Shown here: positions 20,898 to 32,000 of the stretch, piece after piece
How positions within the stretch are numbered: position 1 is the first letter of the stretch
How the letters are laid out: the number at the start of each line of letters is the position of its first letter
Source: Candidatus Saccharimonadota bacterium
GTDB lineage: Bacteria > Bacillota_I > Bacilli_A > Mycoplasmatales > Hepatoplasmataceae
Direction of reading: 5' to 3'
DNA: 32,000 bases
Assembly: GCF_000582535.1 (NCBI RefSeq)
Contig: NZ_CP006932.1
Span: 150,001-182,000, forward strand
Made by a program: the position numbers and the translations under genes
The notes under the pieces: generated by a model
The model's database searches: none
Told to the model about the DNA's origin: nothing
What the model saw: the letters and a program-made list of their open reading frames with translations, nothing else

Positions 20898-21857
20898 ATG
20901 ATAAACGAACAAGAAAATAATTCAGAATTATTACAAAACGAGAATTTAAAAACTAATAGTAATGATAATTCAGATAAAAAATTACCTTTAATTGCAAAAG
21001 AAAAATTATTAGAAGCAGGAGTTCAATTTGGTCATAAAACACAACGTTGAAATCCAGCAATGAAACCATTTATTCATGGTGAAAAAAATGGAACTCATAT
21101 TATTAATCTAAATAAAGTTAATGCATCTTTAAATGTTGCTTATAATGCAATTAATAAAATTGCGGCAAAAGGCGGAAAAGTTTTATTTGTAGGAACAAAT
21201 AAACATTCAAAAAAAACAATTAAAGAAAATTCTTTACGTGTTAAAACTTTTTATGTTAATGAAAGATGATTAGGAGGGACATTAACAAATTTTAAAACAA
21301 TTCAAAATTCTGTTCGTCGCTTACGTTATCTTGAAAAATTGGAAAAAGATAATTTTGCCGGATATACAAAAAAAGAAGCAGTTAAATTACAAAAAGAATT
21401 AGATAAAGCAGAATCTATGCTTGGCGGAATTAAATTTATGCGTAGATTACCAGATGCAATTTTTGTAACTTCAGTTAGTGATGAAAGAATAGTAATAAAA
21501 GAAGCAGATAAATTACAAATTCCTGTAATTGGGATTGTAGATACAAATTGTAATCCTCGTGATGTTAAAATTCCAATTTTTGCAAATGATGATGCAAATA
21601 AATCAATTTCTCTTATTACAACAATTATTGCAGATGCAATTGCAGATGCAAAAGGAGAAGAACGTAAAGCAGCTTTTTTAGATAAAGATGCTGTAGAGTT
21701 TATTGGTCTTGAAAAATCTACTTACCGTAAAACTAATTTTAGAAATGCTTCTTTTGAGCAAAATTCTGATCAAAGACAAAAAGATCAAAGATCATATAAT
21801 CAAAATTATAAAAATCGTACAAATTTAAAAAGAGAAAAGGTAGATCGAAAATTTTAA
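20898..21857 (+). CDS. rpsB: 30S ribosomal protein S2, with N- and C-terminal extensions
   Basis: The core contains LLEAGVQFGHKTQRWNP, with W encoded by TGA 21048-21050. Frame-0 ORFs join, giving about 319 aa. ATG 20898 is the only in-frame ATG upstream of the core. Confidence 0.9.
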
Positions 21858-21871
21858 TTAAATAATTTGAA

Positions 21872-22762
21872 ATGAAAAAAATAACTATTGAAGATATTAA
21901 AAAATTAAGAGAAAAAACAAACGCTGGATTAATGGAAGTTAAAAAAGCTTTACAAAAAGCAGAAGGTGATTTTGAAAAAGCAATTAAATGGTTGCGTGAA
22001 AAAGGATTAGCAAACGCAGCAAAAAAATCTGATAGAGTTGCTGCAGAGGGTGCAATATTTATTTTAAATAAAGAAAATAAAGTTGTAATTTTAGAATTGA
22101 ATTCTGAAACAGATTTTGTTGCAGTAAATAAATTATTTATAGATTTTGGAAATAAAATTTCTCAATATATTATAAATACAGATTTTAAAGAAAAAAGCTT
22201 AGAAGAATTTAGAAAAACAATTTTTGATGGAGAAAAAATAGATGAAAAAATTGCTTCTCTTACTACAAAATTAGGAGAAAAAATTAGTTTAAGAAGATTT
22301 GATCTTTTCGATGTTGAAAATTATCAATTTTCTACTTATCTTCATGTTAATAAAAAAATTGGTGTTATTGTTATTGCTAAAAATGTTGAAAAAGATCTTT
22401 TAAAAGATATTGCAATGCAGATTGCTGCAATGAATCCGGAATATTTAAGTTTAAAAGATGTTCCAAATGATAAAAAAGAAGAAGAATATAAAATTGCTCG
22501 AAAAGATTTAAAAGATACATTAAAAGGTAAACCAGAAAATATTCAAGAAAAAATAATAAGCGGAAAAGTTAATAAGGTTTTATCAGATTTAATATTGGAA
22601 GAGCAAACATTTGTAAAAGATAATAGTAAGAAGATAAAACAATTATTATCAAAGAATGCAAAATTAATTTCATTTATTCGTTATGAAGTTGGAGAAGGAA
22701 TAGAAAAGAAAATTGAAAATTTCAAAGACGAAGTAATGAAACAAATTAAAAATAAAGAGTAA
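21872..22762 (+). CDS. tsf: Elongation factor Ts
   Basis: It has the UBA-like N-terminus IKKLREKTNAGLMEVKKAL and the segment ..VAAEGAI... Position after rpsB is conserved. Confidence 0.95.
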   Translation: MKKITIEDIKKLREKTNAGLMEVKKALQKAEGDFEKAIKWLREKGLANAAKKSDRVAAEGAIFILNKENKVVILELNSETDFVAVNKLFIDFGNKISQYIINTDFKEKSLEEFRKTIFDGEKIDEKIASLTTKLGEKISLRRFDLFDVENYQFSTYLHVNKKIGVIVIAKNVEKDLLKDIAMQIAAMNPEYLSLKDVPNDKKEEEYKIARKDLKDTLKGKPENIQEKIISGKVNKVLSDLILEEQTFVKDNSKKIKQLLSKNAKLISFIRYEVGEGIEKKIENFKDEVMKQIKNKE

Positions 22763-22781
22763 TATACTCTTTATTTTTTTA
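22751..22781 (+). terminator. Terminator or attenuator hairpin after tsf
   Basis: AATAAAGAGT (22751-22760) is the perfect reverse complement of ACTCTTTATT (22766-22775), with a 5-nt loop. A T-run (22776-22780) follows. The 5' arm overlaps the tsf stop codon. Confidence 0.6.
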
Positions 22782-22800
22782 TAAATTTTAAGAGGAAGCA

Positions 22801-23529
22801 ATGATTAATAAAAAGGAACGTGTCATTTTAAAATTATCAGGAGAGGCTTTAACAAATTCAAGTGAAAATATTTATTCAATAGATATTTTAAAAAATATTA
22901 CAGAACAAATTTCTTATCTTATTAAAAATTATCAATTAAAAATTGGAATTGTAATTGGAGGAGGAAATATTTTTCGTGGTTCATTAGCTAAATCATTAGG
23001 TATGATTAAAAACGAAGAGTCAGCAGATCATATGGGAATGCTAGCAACAACAATTAATGCAATTGCTTTAAATATTTATTTAAAAAATGCAAAAATTAAA
23101 AGTATTGTATTAAATGCAAGAGAAATAAAAGGTTTATTGAATCAGCCATCAGAAGAAAAAATTTCAGAAGAATTTATCAAAAATGATGTGATAATTTTTG
23201 GAGGCGGAACAGGAAAACCTTATGTTTCTACTGATACTGCAGCAGCTTTAAGAGCAATAGAAAGTAAATCATCTTATATTTTGATGGCAAAAAATAATAT
23301 TGATGGAATTTATGACAAGGATCCCAATCATTTTACAAATGCAAAATTTTTTAAAAAACTAACTTTTAAAGAATTTATTGATCTTAAATTACAAGCAATA
23401 GATCATCAAGCATTACAAAAATTAGAAGGTACGGATATTAAAATAATTGTTTTTAATATGAATGGTAAAAATAATATAATAAAATTATATGAAAATAAAT
23501 TAAAAGCAAAAACAATATTAACAAAGTAA
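22801..23529 (+). CDS. pyrH: UMP kinase
   Basis: Amino-acid kinase fold motifs are present (ILKLSGEAL, VIGGGNIFRG, DHMGMLATTINA, GGTGKPYVSTDTAAALRA). An AGAGGAAG SD lies upstream. Confidence 0.95.
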   Translation: MINKKERVILKLSGEALTNSSENIYSIDILKNITEQISYLIKNYQLKIGIVIGGGNIFRGSLAKSLGMIKNEESADHMGMLATTINAIALNIYLKNAKIKSIVLNAREIKGLLNQPSEEKISEEFIKNDVIIFGGGTGKPYVSTDTAAALRAIESKSSYILMAKNNIDGIYDKDPNHFTNAKFFKKLTFKEFIDLKLQAIDHQALQKLEGTDIKIIVFNMNGKNNIIKLYENKLKAKTILTK

Positions 23530-23530
23530 T

Positions 23531-24076
23531 ATGAATGACTATATTAGTAATTTAAAAAATAAACTAGAACAAATTGAAAAAAATTATCAAGATGAATTAA
23601 AAAAAATTCGTGCGCTAGGAGCACATCCTTCACTTTTAGAGAGCATTTATGTTGATTATTATGGTTCAAAAATAAAACTAAATCAAATTGCGTCAATTAA
23701 AATTCAAGATGGAACAATTCTAATAATAAATCCTTTTGATAAATCACAACGAAAAGGAATTTTATTTGCCCTTGAAAAAGCAAATTTGGGATTTAACATT
23801 CAAGATGATGGATTTTTAATTAAAATTTTTGTTCCTCCTCTTACGGAGGAAAAAAGAAAATTATATGTAAAAAAAGCAAAAGAAGTAAAAGAACAAGCTA
23901 AAATTAATTTAAGAAATATAAGACAAGAGATTAATAAAAAAATTAATTCAGATAAAGAATTATCTAAAGATCAAATTAATAATTATTTAAAAAATGTACA
24001 AGATCAAATAGACTATAAAAATAAAGTTTTTGAAGATATTTTAAAAGAAAAAGAAAAATCTTTACTTATGATTTAA
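23531..24076 (+). CDS. frr: Ribosome recycling factor
   Basis: RRF-like sequence (..VDYYGSKIKLNQIASI..IPPLTEEKRKLYVKKAKE..RNIRQE..). Position after pyrH is conserved. Confidence 0.94.
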   Translation: MNDYISNLKNKLEQIEKNYQDELKKIRALGAHPSLLESIYVDYYGSKIKLNQIASIKIQDGTILIINPFDKSQRKGILFALEKANLGFNIQDDGFLIKIFVPPLTEEKRKLYVKKAKEVKEQAKINLRNIRQEINKKINSDKELSKDQINNYLKNVQDQIDYKNKVFEDILKEKEKSLLMI

Positions 24077-24079
24077 ATT

Positions 24080-25129
24080 ATGGAAAATGAATTACAATTG
24101 AAAAATAAAAAATTTCCAAAAAAAGAATTAATTGTAAGGATTTTAACAGCTACAGTTTTTATTGTTGTTACAATTTTATTTTTACTACCAGCTTCATATA
24201 TTAATTTTGGTAGTGGAAGCCCAAATAATATTAATTCGTTTATAAAATATGATTATTTTTTTCTTACAATATTAGGTTTATTATTAGGATACATCATTTT
24301 TGAAATTGTAAATTTTACTTCTCCTTTTAAGAAAGATCGAAGAATATTTTTAGTTAATTTTTTCTATCTTGAAATTGTTTTTCTTATTCTTTATGGTTTT
24401 ATTGCTGCTTATTTTATTATTGATTATAATCCGTTATGAGCAAAACCAAATTTAGAAGCACAAGATTTTGGTTATAACAATGATATTAATTACTTATTAA
24501 TTTATTTATTTTTCTTTTCAATAATTTATCTTTTGATAAATGTTGGTTTTAGTAATGAAATAAAAGATTCGATGATAAATTTAATTGTTAGTTATTTAGG
24601 TTTACTATTTATATTTTCAATTATTTTTCTTACAATTTGTTTTGGATTTACAGTAATTTTACTTGTTATGTTGACTACTACGTTTATTGATATTTTTGCT
24701 TATTTTGGAGGAAAAATTTTTGGAAAAGAAAAAATATTTGCTAATGCTTCTCCTAATAAAACATATGCTGGATTTTTAATTGGTCTTTTAAGTGGATTTT
24801 TATTTTCTTTATTTTTTTATTTTGTATTTGTAGCCAATATGGAGAGTTCTAATCTTTATTTTTTAAATGATCAAAGATATCTTGATCTTTTAGAAAATAA
24901 TGCTTATTTAGTAATTGATTTAAATATAAAAATTGTTGCTTTAATGATTATTACAATTATAAGTGCTCCGTTTGGAGATTTATTTTTTTCAAAAATTAAA
25001 CGAAATTTTGATCAAAAAGATTTTTCAAAAATTTTACCCGGTCATGGTGGATTATTAGATAGAATTGATTCACATATATTTACATATACAATATTTTCCT
25101 TTGGACTTTTATTTATTGTTTTTATTTAA
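24080..25129 (+). CDS. cdsA: Phosphatidate cytidylyltransferase (CDP-diglyceride synthase)
   Basis: ORFs 24080.. and 24533.. are in frame and join across TGA 24437-24439. The C-terminal signature SKIKRNFDQKDFSKILPGHGGLLDRIDS is present. Confidence 0.9.
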
Positions 25130-25177
25130 TATAATTCTTATTAGTTAATTTGCAAAAAGAGAGAGACAGAAAAAAAG

Positions 25178-26533
25178 ATGGTTTTTTTAATATTTTTATT
25201 ATTTCTAATATTTTTATTGATATTTATATCAATAATTACATTTATTCATGAGCTTGGACATTTTTATGTTGCGAGAAGAAATGGTGTTCGTGTTTCTGAA
25301 TTTGCAATTGGATTTGGACCTGCAATTTTCCAAAAAAAACTAGAACTTACAACAATAAGCATTCGTTTGTTTCCCCTTGGTGGTTATGTTGCAGTTCTTA
25401 CTGATGATGTAATTTTAAGTATCAATAAATTAAAAGAAAATATTAAAAATTTAACTCCTGATGAAAAAGCTATACAGGAAAAATATATTCAAAAAAAACT
25501 TTCAGGTCTTACTTTATATGAAAACTTTACAAATCAAAAGAGTTTAGATAGAATATCGGTTCCAAAAAAAATCTATTTCTGTCTTGGGGGAATTTTATTT
25601 AATTTTCTTTCAATATTTGTTACACTTACGATTTTTTATTCAATTACTGGACGTGAATATGCAGATGATACATTACGTGAATATGGTGCTGTATTTCGAG
25701 ATACAACAAGAGGAGATGTAAGATTAGATTCTCCAATTTATGTAAGTGAGATAATAGGAATTAATTCTGAACTTACGCAAGAAGAAATTGAAAATACAAC
25801 AATTTCTGATTTTGAAGAACAGGCAATTGAATTAGGAGATGAAGGATATTTAAAAACTGGATATGATCAACTTTATCAAGCTTTCGATAGTTATCAAGAG
25901 GCTGCTTATGATTCTAAAATTCTAGGATTAATTGAAGAATCAGGATCAAGATTTCTAATTAGATATAAAGATAGTAATCAAGAGCAAAAGGTTTTAATAT
26001 ATGATTTTGCTTTAGTAAGCACACCTGGTTTTGATTATTTATATATTTATGACTATGATTATACAACAGATCAAGTTGTTAAAGATTCAATTGAAGAATA
26101 TAATTTAGTTAGTTATATAAATCTTGTATCTTATCGTACAGAAGGTGCATACTATGTGCAATATCCATTTTTTATTGCAATTTATTATGCTTTTATTGAT
26201 ACATTTGTTTATATTTATCATGGAATAATAATTACTATTAATCTTCTTTTTGGTGTATTTACCCCAGATAATCGTATTATTGAAAATTATCATAATGTTG
26301 ATGGGAATTATAGTATTGTAAATGTACAAATTCTTGTAGATTTTTTTGTTGTTTTTTCAATGATTACACTATTATTTAATATAATCCCTCTTCCTCCACT
26401 TGATGGTTTTGCTGCAGTAAGATATGGATATGAAGGATTAACCAAAAAGAAAATACCAAAAGGTTTTGTACAAGCCTTAATGTTTATTAGTATGGCATTT
26501 ATGATTATTTGATTTTTCTTTTTGATTTTTTAA
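25178..26533 (+). CDS. Site-2 (M50 family) intramembrane zinc metalloprotease, RseP/RasP-like
   Basis: HELGH lies in TM1 (..ITFIHELGHFYVARRNGV..). The second motif NIIPLPPLDGF lies near the C-terminus. The frame reads through TGA 26510-26512 to TAA at 26531-26533. Position between cdsA and polC is conserved. Confidence 0.85.
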
Positions 26534-26555
26534 TTAAAAAAGGATAATAAAATTG

Positions 26556-29500
26556 ATGAAATTTAATTTTTTAGAGCACTTAAAATTACCAGATAATTTA
26601 AAAAAAGAATTTAAATTAGAAAAAGCAAAATTAGAAATAAATAAAAAAGAAAAGAAAAAAATATTAAAACTTTATTTTAGCAAAGAAAATGATTTTACAC
26701 CAGAAGATTTTAAAGATTTTTATCTTGCAATTTTAGATTTTAAAAAAAATAATAAGGATATTAATATTGATTTTGAAAATATTTTTCTAAACTTAAAAAA
26801 ATATAAACCAACAATTTTTGATGTATATTCTTTTCTTTATTTTATTCTACAAAATATCACTAAACAAAAAATAGAAATGTCTAAATTGTATCTAGATTTT
26901 TATGAAAAAGTAAAATCAGAAGATATGATTATCTTAATTGCAAATAATAATACATATAATCTTATTTCTAATCATATAGATTTTATTCGTAATATTTTTA
27001 CTAATTTTTCAATTTTAAAAGCAAAATTATTTATTAGACAAGATGCATCAAAATTTAATTTTGAAAAAGCTATCGAAGAAACAAAAAAGGAATTAACAAT
27101 TCTAACAAAAAAAGCAAATATAAATTCTAGTAATAAAACAACAAATAATCTTTTGTTTCGTAATTTTAAAGAATTAGATCCTAGTTTAAATCAAGAAAAA
27201 GAAAAAATCTTTTTTAATGGGGAAATAACAGATTTGGAAATTAAAAAAATTGGTAAAAATAATAATGTTTTATTAAATATTTCTTTAAAAGGGGAAAATA
27301 ATAAACTTGTTTTTGCTTCACAATGATTTTTAGAAAAAAATTTTAAATTTAATTTTAATAAAGGTGATTTTCTTACTCTTTATGGTGATTGAAAATTTGA
27401 TAATTATTTGAAAGATTATAAAATAAATATTAAAAAAATAGAACAAACTGATGGTCCTTTTATTTCTAAAAATTTAAGTGATAATCGTGTACGTACAGAA
27501 TTTCATATTCATACAAAAATGTCAACAATGGATGGAGTTGGTTCGATAGAAGAATATTTTAAATTAGCAAATAAATCTAATATTAAAGGTCTTGCTTTTT
27601 TAGATCATGACTCAGTACAAGCTTTTCCAGAAATTTATCGTATCGGCAAAAAATATCCAGATATTAAAAAAATATATGGTTCAGAATTTTCAATATTTGA
27701 TGATATAAATGAAAAAATTGTTTTTAATAGTCGAGATGAAGATTTAAGGAAAAACAATTTTATTTATTTTGATTTAGAAACAACAGGAATTTCTCCTTTT
27801 GTTAATGAAATAATTGAATTTGGAGCGGTTAAAATTAAAAATGGTATTAAAATTGATAGACTACAATTATTTATTAAGCCATCAATTAAAATTCCAAAAA
27901 TTATTACTAAAATTACGAAAATTAAAGATGATGATTTAAAATATGCTCCATCAATTAAAGAAGCAATTCCAAAGATTCTTGATTTTTTTGAAGATTATAT
28001 TTTAGTTGCCCATAATGCAAAATTTGATTATTCTTTTATAAATGCCGCACTTGTCAAATTAGGAGAAAAACGTTTAAAAAATCCTGTAATAGATTCGTTA
28101 AAAGTTTCTTGAATTGTAAATTCACATCTAAAAAGTCATCGCTTAGGAAGTGTTGCAAGAGAAGAAAATCAACACTATGATGATAGTGTTTCACATCGTG
28201 CTGATTATGATGCTGAGGTTTTAAAAAATGTTTTTGAAAATATGCTTCATAAATTATATGAATTAAATATTCGTAATTTAAATCAATTAGAAAAAGAGAT
28301 TAAAACAGATTTAATAAAAGGACGTTTATTTTTAAAACATATAAGTGTAATAGCAAAAAATCAAAAGGGATTAAAAGATTTGTATAAATTAATCTCAATT
28401 GCTCATATTAATTTTTATAATAAAAGAATTGATAATCCCTCACTTCCATTATCAGAAATTCTTAGAATTGCAAATAAAGGTAATCTTTTAATAGGTTCAG
28501 CTTGCGCAAATGGTATTTTTTGAGAAGAACTTAATTATTTAAGTGAAAATATGGAAGAATTAATTTCTTATTATGATTATTTAGAAATATTTCCCCCCTC
28601 AGTTTATAGTTATCTTACAAGAAATGAAAGATTCACAAAAGAACAAATTGAAAAAATAATTCTTGAAATAATAAAATTGGGAGAGAAATATCAAAAACCA
28701 GTAATTGTTAGTTCTGATGCACATTATGTTTATCGAGAAGATAAAATTATAAGAGATATTTTTATTGTAAATAAGGGTTTAGGAGGTAAATTACATCCTT
28801 TATTTATTCGTAATAATCCAAATTATTCTAATCCAGATCAACATTTGAGATTAAGTAAAGAATTGGAAGTTGAATTTAAGTTTATCAATGATCAAAAATT
28901 AAGAGAAAAAATAATTTATGATAATACAAATCTTCTATACGAAAAAATTTTAGATGTTTCTCCAATAAAAGATAAATTATATCCTCCAGAAATAGTAAAT
29001 TCTGATGATAATTTAAAAAATTTAATAAAAGAAAATTTAAAAAAAAATTATGGCGAAAAACCTGATCGAAAAATAATAGAAAGAATTAATCGGGAAGTAA
29101 ATTCAATTACTAAACATAAATTTGCAATTATTTATTATCTTTCTTCACTTGTTGTTAAAAAATCTTTACAAGATGGATATCTTGTTGGATCAAGAGGATC
29201 TGTTGGTTCTTCGCTTGCTGCTACACTTTCTGATATTACGGAAGTTAATCCTTTAGAACCTCACTATTTATGTAAAAAATGTAAGCATCATTTTTTTGTA
29301 GATAATGTTTTATCAGGATATGATCTTGAAGATAAAAAATGTCCTATTTGTAATTCTTTGATGAAAGGTGAGGGTCATTGAATTCAATTTGAAACATTTT
29401 TAGGTTTTAATGGAGATAAAGTTCCTGATATTGATTTAAATTTTTCGCGTGAATATCAAGCAAAAATTCATGATTATGTAAAAGAAATTTTAGGAGATAA

Positions 29501-30884
29501 AAATGTTTATCGTGCAGGAACAATTTCTACAGTAGCAGAAAGAACAGCTTATGGTTATGTTAAAAATTGAGAAGAAATAACAAATCAAAAACTTAAACAA
29601 GTTCAATTGAAACATTTTGCTAAACTTGTAGAAGGAACAAAAAGAACAACAGGACAACATCCTGGAGGTTTAATAGTTGTACCTAAAGATAAAGAAATTT
29701 ATGATTTTACACCTATTAATTTTCCGGGGAATGATCTTAAATCAAATTGATTAACAACTCATTTTGATTTTCACTCAATCCATGATAATCTTTTAAAATT
29801 AGATTTATTAGGACATTTAGATCCCTCTCTTTTAAAAATGTTACAATCATTAACAAATATAAATCCTCAAGAAATTCCAATGAATGATAAAAAAGTAATT
29901 TCTTTATTTAAAAATAGCGAAGCACTTAATTATATTGCAAATTATACTGGAGAAGATTTAGGAATACTAGGATTACCAGAATTTGGAACAAAATTTGTTC
30001 GTGATCTTGTTCGTGATGCAAAACCTAAAACATTTTCAGAATTAGTGATGATTTCTGGATTATCACATGGTACAGATGTTTGATTATCAAATGCCAAAAA
30101 TTTAATTTCTGAAAAAAAAGCAACCTTACAAGAAGTAATTTCTGTTCGTGATGATATTATGAGATATTTAATTTCAAAAAATGTTCCTTCATTAGAATCT
30201 TTCAAAATAATGGAATCTGTACGTAAGGGATTAGGATTAACAGAAAATTGAGAAAAATTGATGCTTAGTCATAATGTACCTAATTGATATATTGAATCAT
30301 GTAAAAAAATAAAATATATCTTTCCCAAAGCTCATGCTGTTGCTTATGTAATGATGGCTTATAGAATAGCTTGATATAAAATAAATTATCCACTTGAGTA
30401 TTACGCTACTTTTTTTACAAAAAGAGATACAGAATGAGACATTTTAAGTTTAAATAAAGGATTAGATGGAATTTATAATTGAAAAACTAATTATCGTAAT
30501 AAAATTGAAAAAGATCGAACAGAACGAGATAAAGCAATAAATGAAACATATACAATTGTTCTTGAAATGTATTCTCGAGGATATAAAATAGCTCCAATTA
30601 GTCTTGAAAAATCAAAAGCAGAAACATGAGTTATTGATAAAAAGGATAATTTATTAATTCCTCCATTTATTATTATTGAAGGACTGGGGAATGCTGCTGC
30701 TAAAAAATTAGTAGAAGAGAACATAAAACAACGATTCATTTCATTAGAAGATTTTAGATTAAGATCAGGACTCAATAAGACACTAATTAAAAAATTTTCA
30801 GAATTGGAAATTTCTGATAATTTAGTAATTAAATCAGAACAAAAAAAACAAATTTTAATTGATGATTTATTTCATTTTAATTAA
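26556..30884 (+). CDS. polC: DNA polymerase III alpha subunit, PolC type
   Basis: Five or more track ORFs in frame 0 join through TGA=Trp, giving about 1442 aa. It has a PHP region ([14 protein letters not shown]), a 3'-5' exonuclease insert ([34 protein letters not shown]) and the polymerase core [15 protein letters not shown] 26556 is preferred over the TTG at 26553 used in the track. Confidence 0.97.
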
Positions 30885-30946
30885 TATAGATAATAAATAA
30901 AAATTAGTTTTGTCCTACTTTATAATATAATTTATTTATATTAAAT

Positions 30947-30975
30947 AAAGGAGCTACGCTCTTTTATTTCTTAAT
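30947..30975 (+). terminator. Weak candidate terminator after polC
   Basis: AAAGGAGC (30947-30954) pairs with GCTCTTTT (30958-30965), including one G-U pair, around a tight 3-nt loop. A T-rich tail follows. Confidence 0.35.
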
Positions 30976-31051
30976 TCTTTCTATTTATTTTGTTTAAAAA
31001 ATATAATAATTAATCAAAATTAAATCGTAAAAAAAGAAAGGTACGATAAAT

Positions 31052-32000
31052 ATGAAAATAAAAAATCAACAAAAAAAGATTGTTGAAGCACTTAAGTCTT
31101 TTGCTGAATTAAAAGGTATTACAAAAGAAGAAATTAAGAAATTATTAGAAGAATCTTTTCAAAAAGCTTTAAATAAAGAATATGAAAATGATTTAGAAAA
31201 TAAAGAAGTAATGCTTCCTTTATTTGATATTTCAATAAATTTGGATGAAGGAAAAATTAGCATTAAAAGAAAGTGAATTTTAACAGATAAAATTATAAGC
31301 GAAGAAGAAATTAATATCAAAAAAAATATAAATGATCTTAATTTAGAAAATTTAAATGTTTTAGAAAATTTAAAAATAGATGACTATTATTTTGAAGATA
31401 TTGATTTGAATGCAATTGAACATGATGGTTTCTTTCTTTATGTAAAACAATTATTTACACAAAAAGTTTCTGAAGCAGAAAAAGTTAAAATTTATGAAAA
31501 ATTTATTGATTATAAAGATCAAATTGTGAAGGCTAAAGTTGAAAAAGTAGCATTAACTCATTATCTTTTAAGTTATCAAGATAATGTTATTTTTTTATCT
31601 AAAAGAGAAACTTCAAAATTAGACCAATTTAAATTTGGTGATTTTGTTTATGTATATATTACAAAAATTGAAAAATCATCAAGAGATGCACAAATTATTG
31701 CTTCAAGAAAAAATAAAGAATTTATTGTTAAGCTACTTGAAAAAGAAATTGAAGATGTTGCTGACAATGTTATAAGAGTTGAAAAAATAGCAAGACAACC
31801 AGGATTTAAAACAAAGATAATTGTTTCAAGTTCTTTAGAAGAAGTTGATCCTGTTGGATCAATAATTGGTGTAAAAGGACAAAAAATAAGACCAATAATT
31901 GATGAATTAAGAGGAGAGAGAATCGATATAATTGAATATAGTAAAGACATTGATATTCAAATTGCCCGTGCTGTTATTCCTGGAAAAATTATTGGGACAA
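31052..32000 (+). CDS. nusA: Transcription termination/antitermination factor NusA (3' end outside the window)
   Basis: An N-terminal domain is followed by an S1 domain (FGDFVYVYITKIEKSSRDAQIIASR) and a KH domain (VGSIIGVKGQKIRPIIDELRGERIDII). The frame reads through TGA 31274-31276. An AAAGG SD lies upstream. Confidence 0.93.

Noticed and set aside
1-32000. A search for CRISPR arrays, IS elements, integrases, prophage or defence-system cassettes, toxin-antitoxin pairs, and long direct or inverted repeats.
   Set aside because: None found. All sizeable ORFs are accounted for by housekeeping or membrane-transport genes plus one orphan. The only notable repeat is the 11-mer pair at 9461-9488.

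Overview
This is a very AT-rich, gene-dense window from a Mollicutes-type genome that reads UGA as Trp (translation table 4). The ORF track used the standard code, so it splits almost every conserved gene at in-frame TGA codons. Re-joining the fragments gives about 29 intact CDSs and one tRNA, nearly all on the + strand. The content is core housekeeping. Positions 1-5.1 kb hold membrane and transport genes: an APC permease, a polytopic transporter with a duplicated PGCxGP motif, a YitT-family protein and a CNNM/TlyC-type protein. Next come an orphan membrane-anchored acidic protein, then ffh-rpsP-rimM-trmD-rplS. A block follows with cysteine desulfurase, an Fe-S scaffold, uvrC, ecfA1-ecfA2-ecfT-truA-rplM-rpsI and tRNA-Ile(GAU). 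The window ends with rbgA, a dprA-like gene, topA, and rpsB-tsf-pyrH-frr-cdsA, an M50 protease, polC and nusA (3' truncated). I see no CRISPR array, transposase, integrase, toxin or defence-type cassette, and no convincing novel multi-gene system. The most unusual element is the 280-nt non-coding gap between rplS and the cysteine desulfurase gene (9394-9674). It contains a stem-closed tandem TAAGGGGATTT repeat, further small hairpins, and a strong hairpin plus T-run whose arms are an SD-like AGGAG and an anti-SD-like CUCCUUUCU. It also lies at a gene-order breakpoint relative to the Bacillus-type backbone. It is a candidate small RNA or cis-regulatory element of unknown class. Secondary observations are a UvrC without the C-terminal (HhH)2 domain, a degenerate DprA, an M50 protease without a recognisable PDZ region, an extended ribosomal protein S2, and compaction of the Bacillus-like gene order. 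All calls come from reading the sequence and from remembered family motifs. No database search was run.
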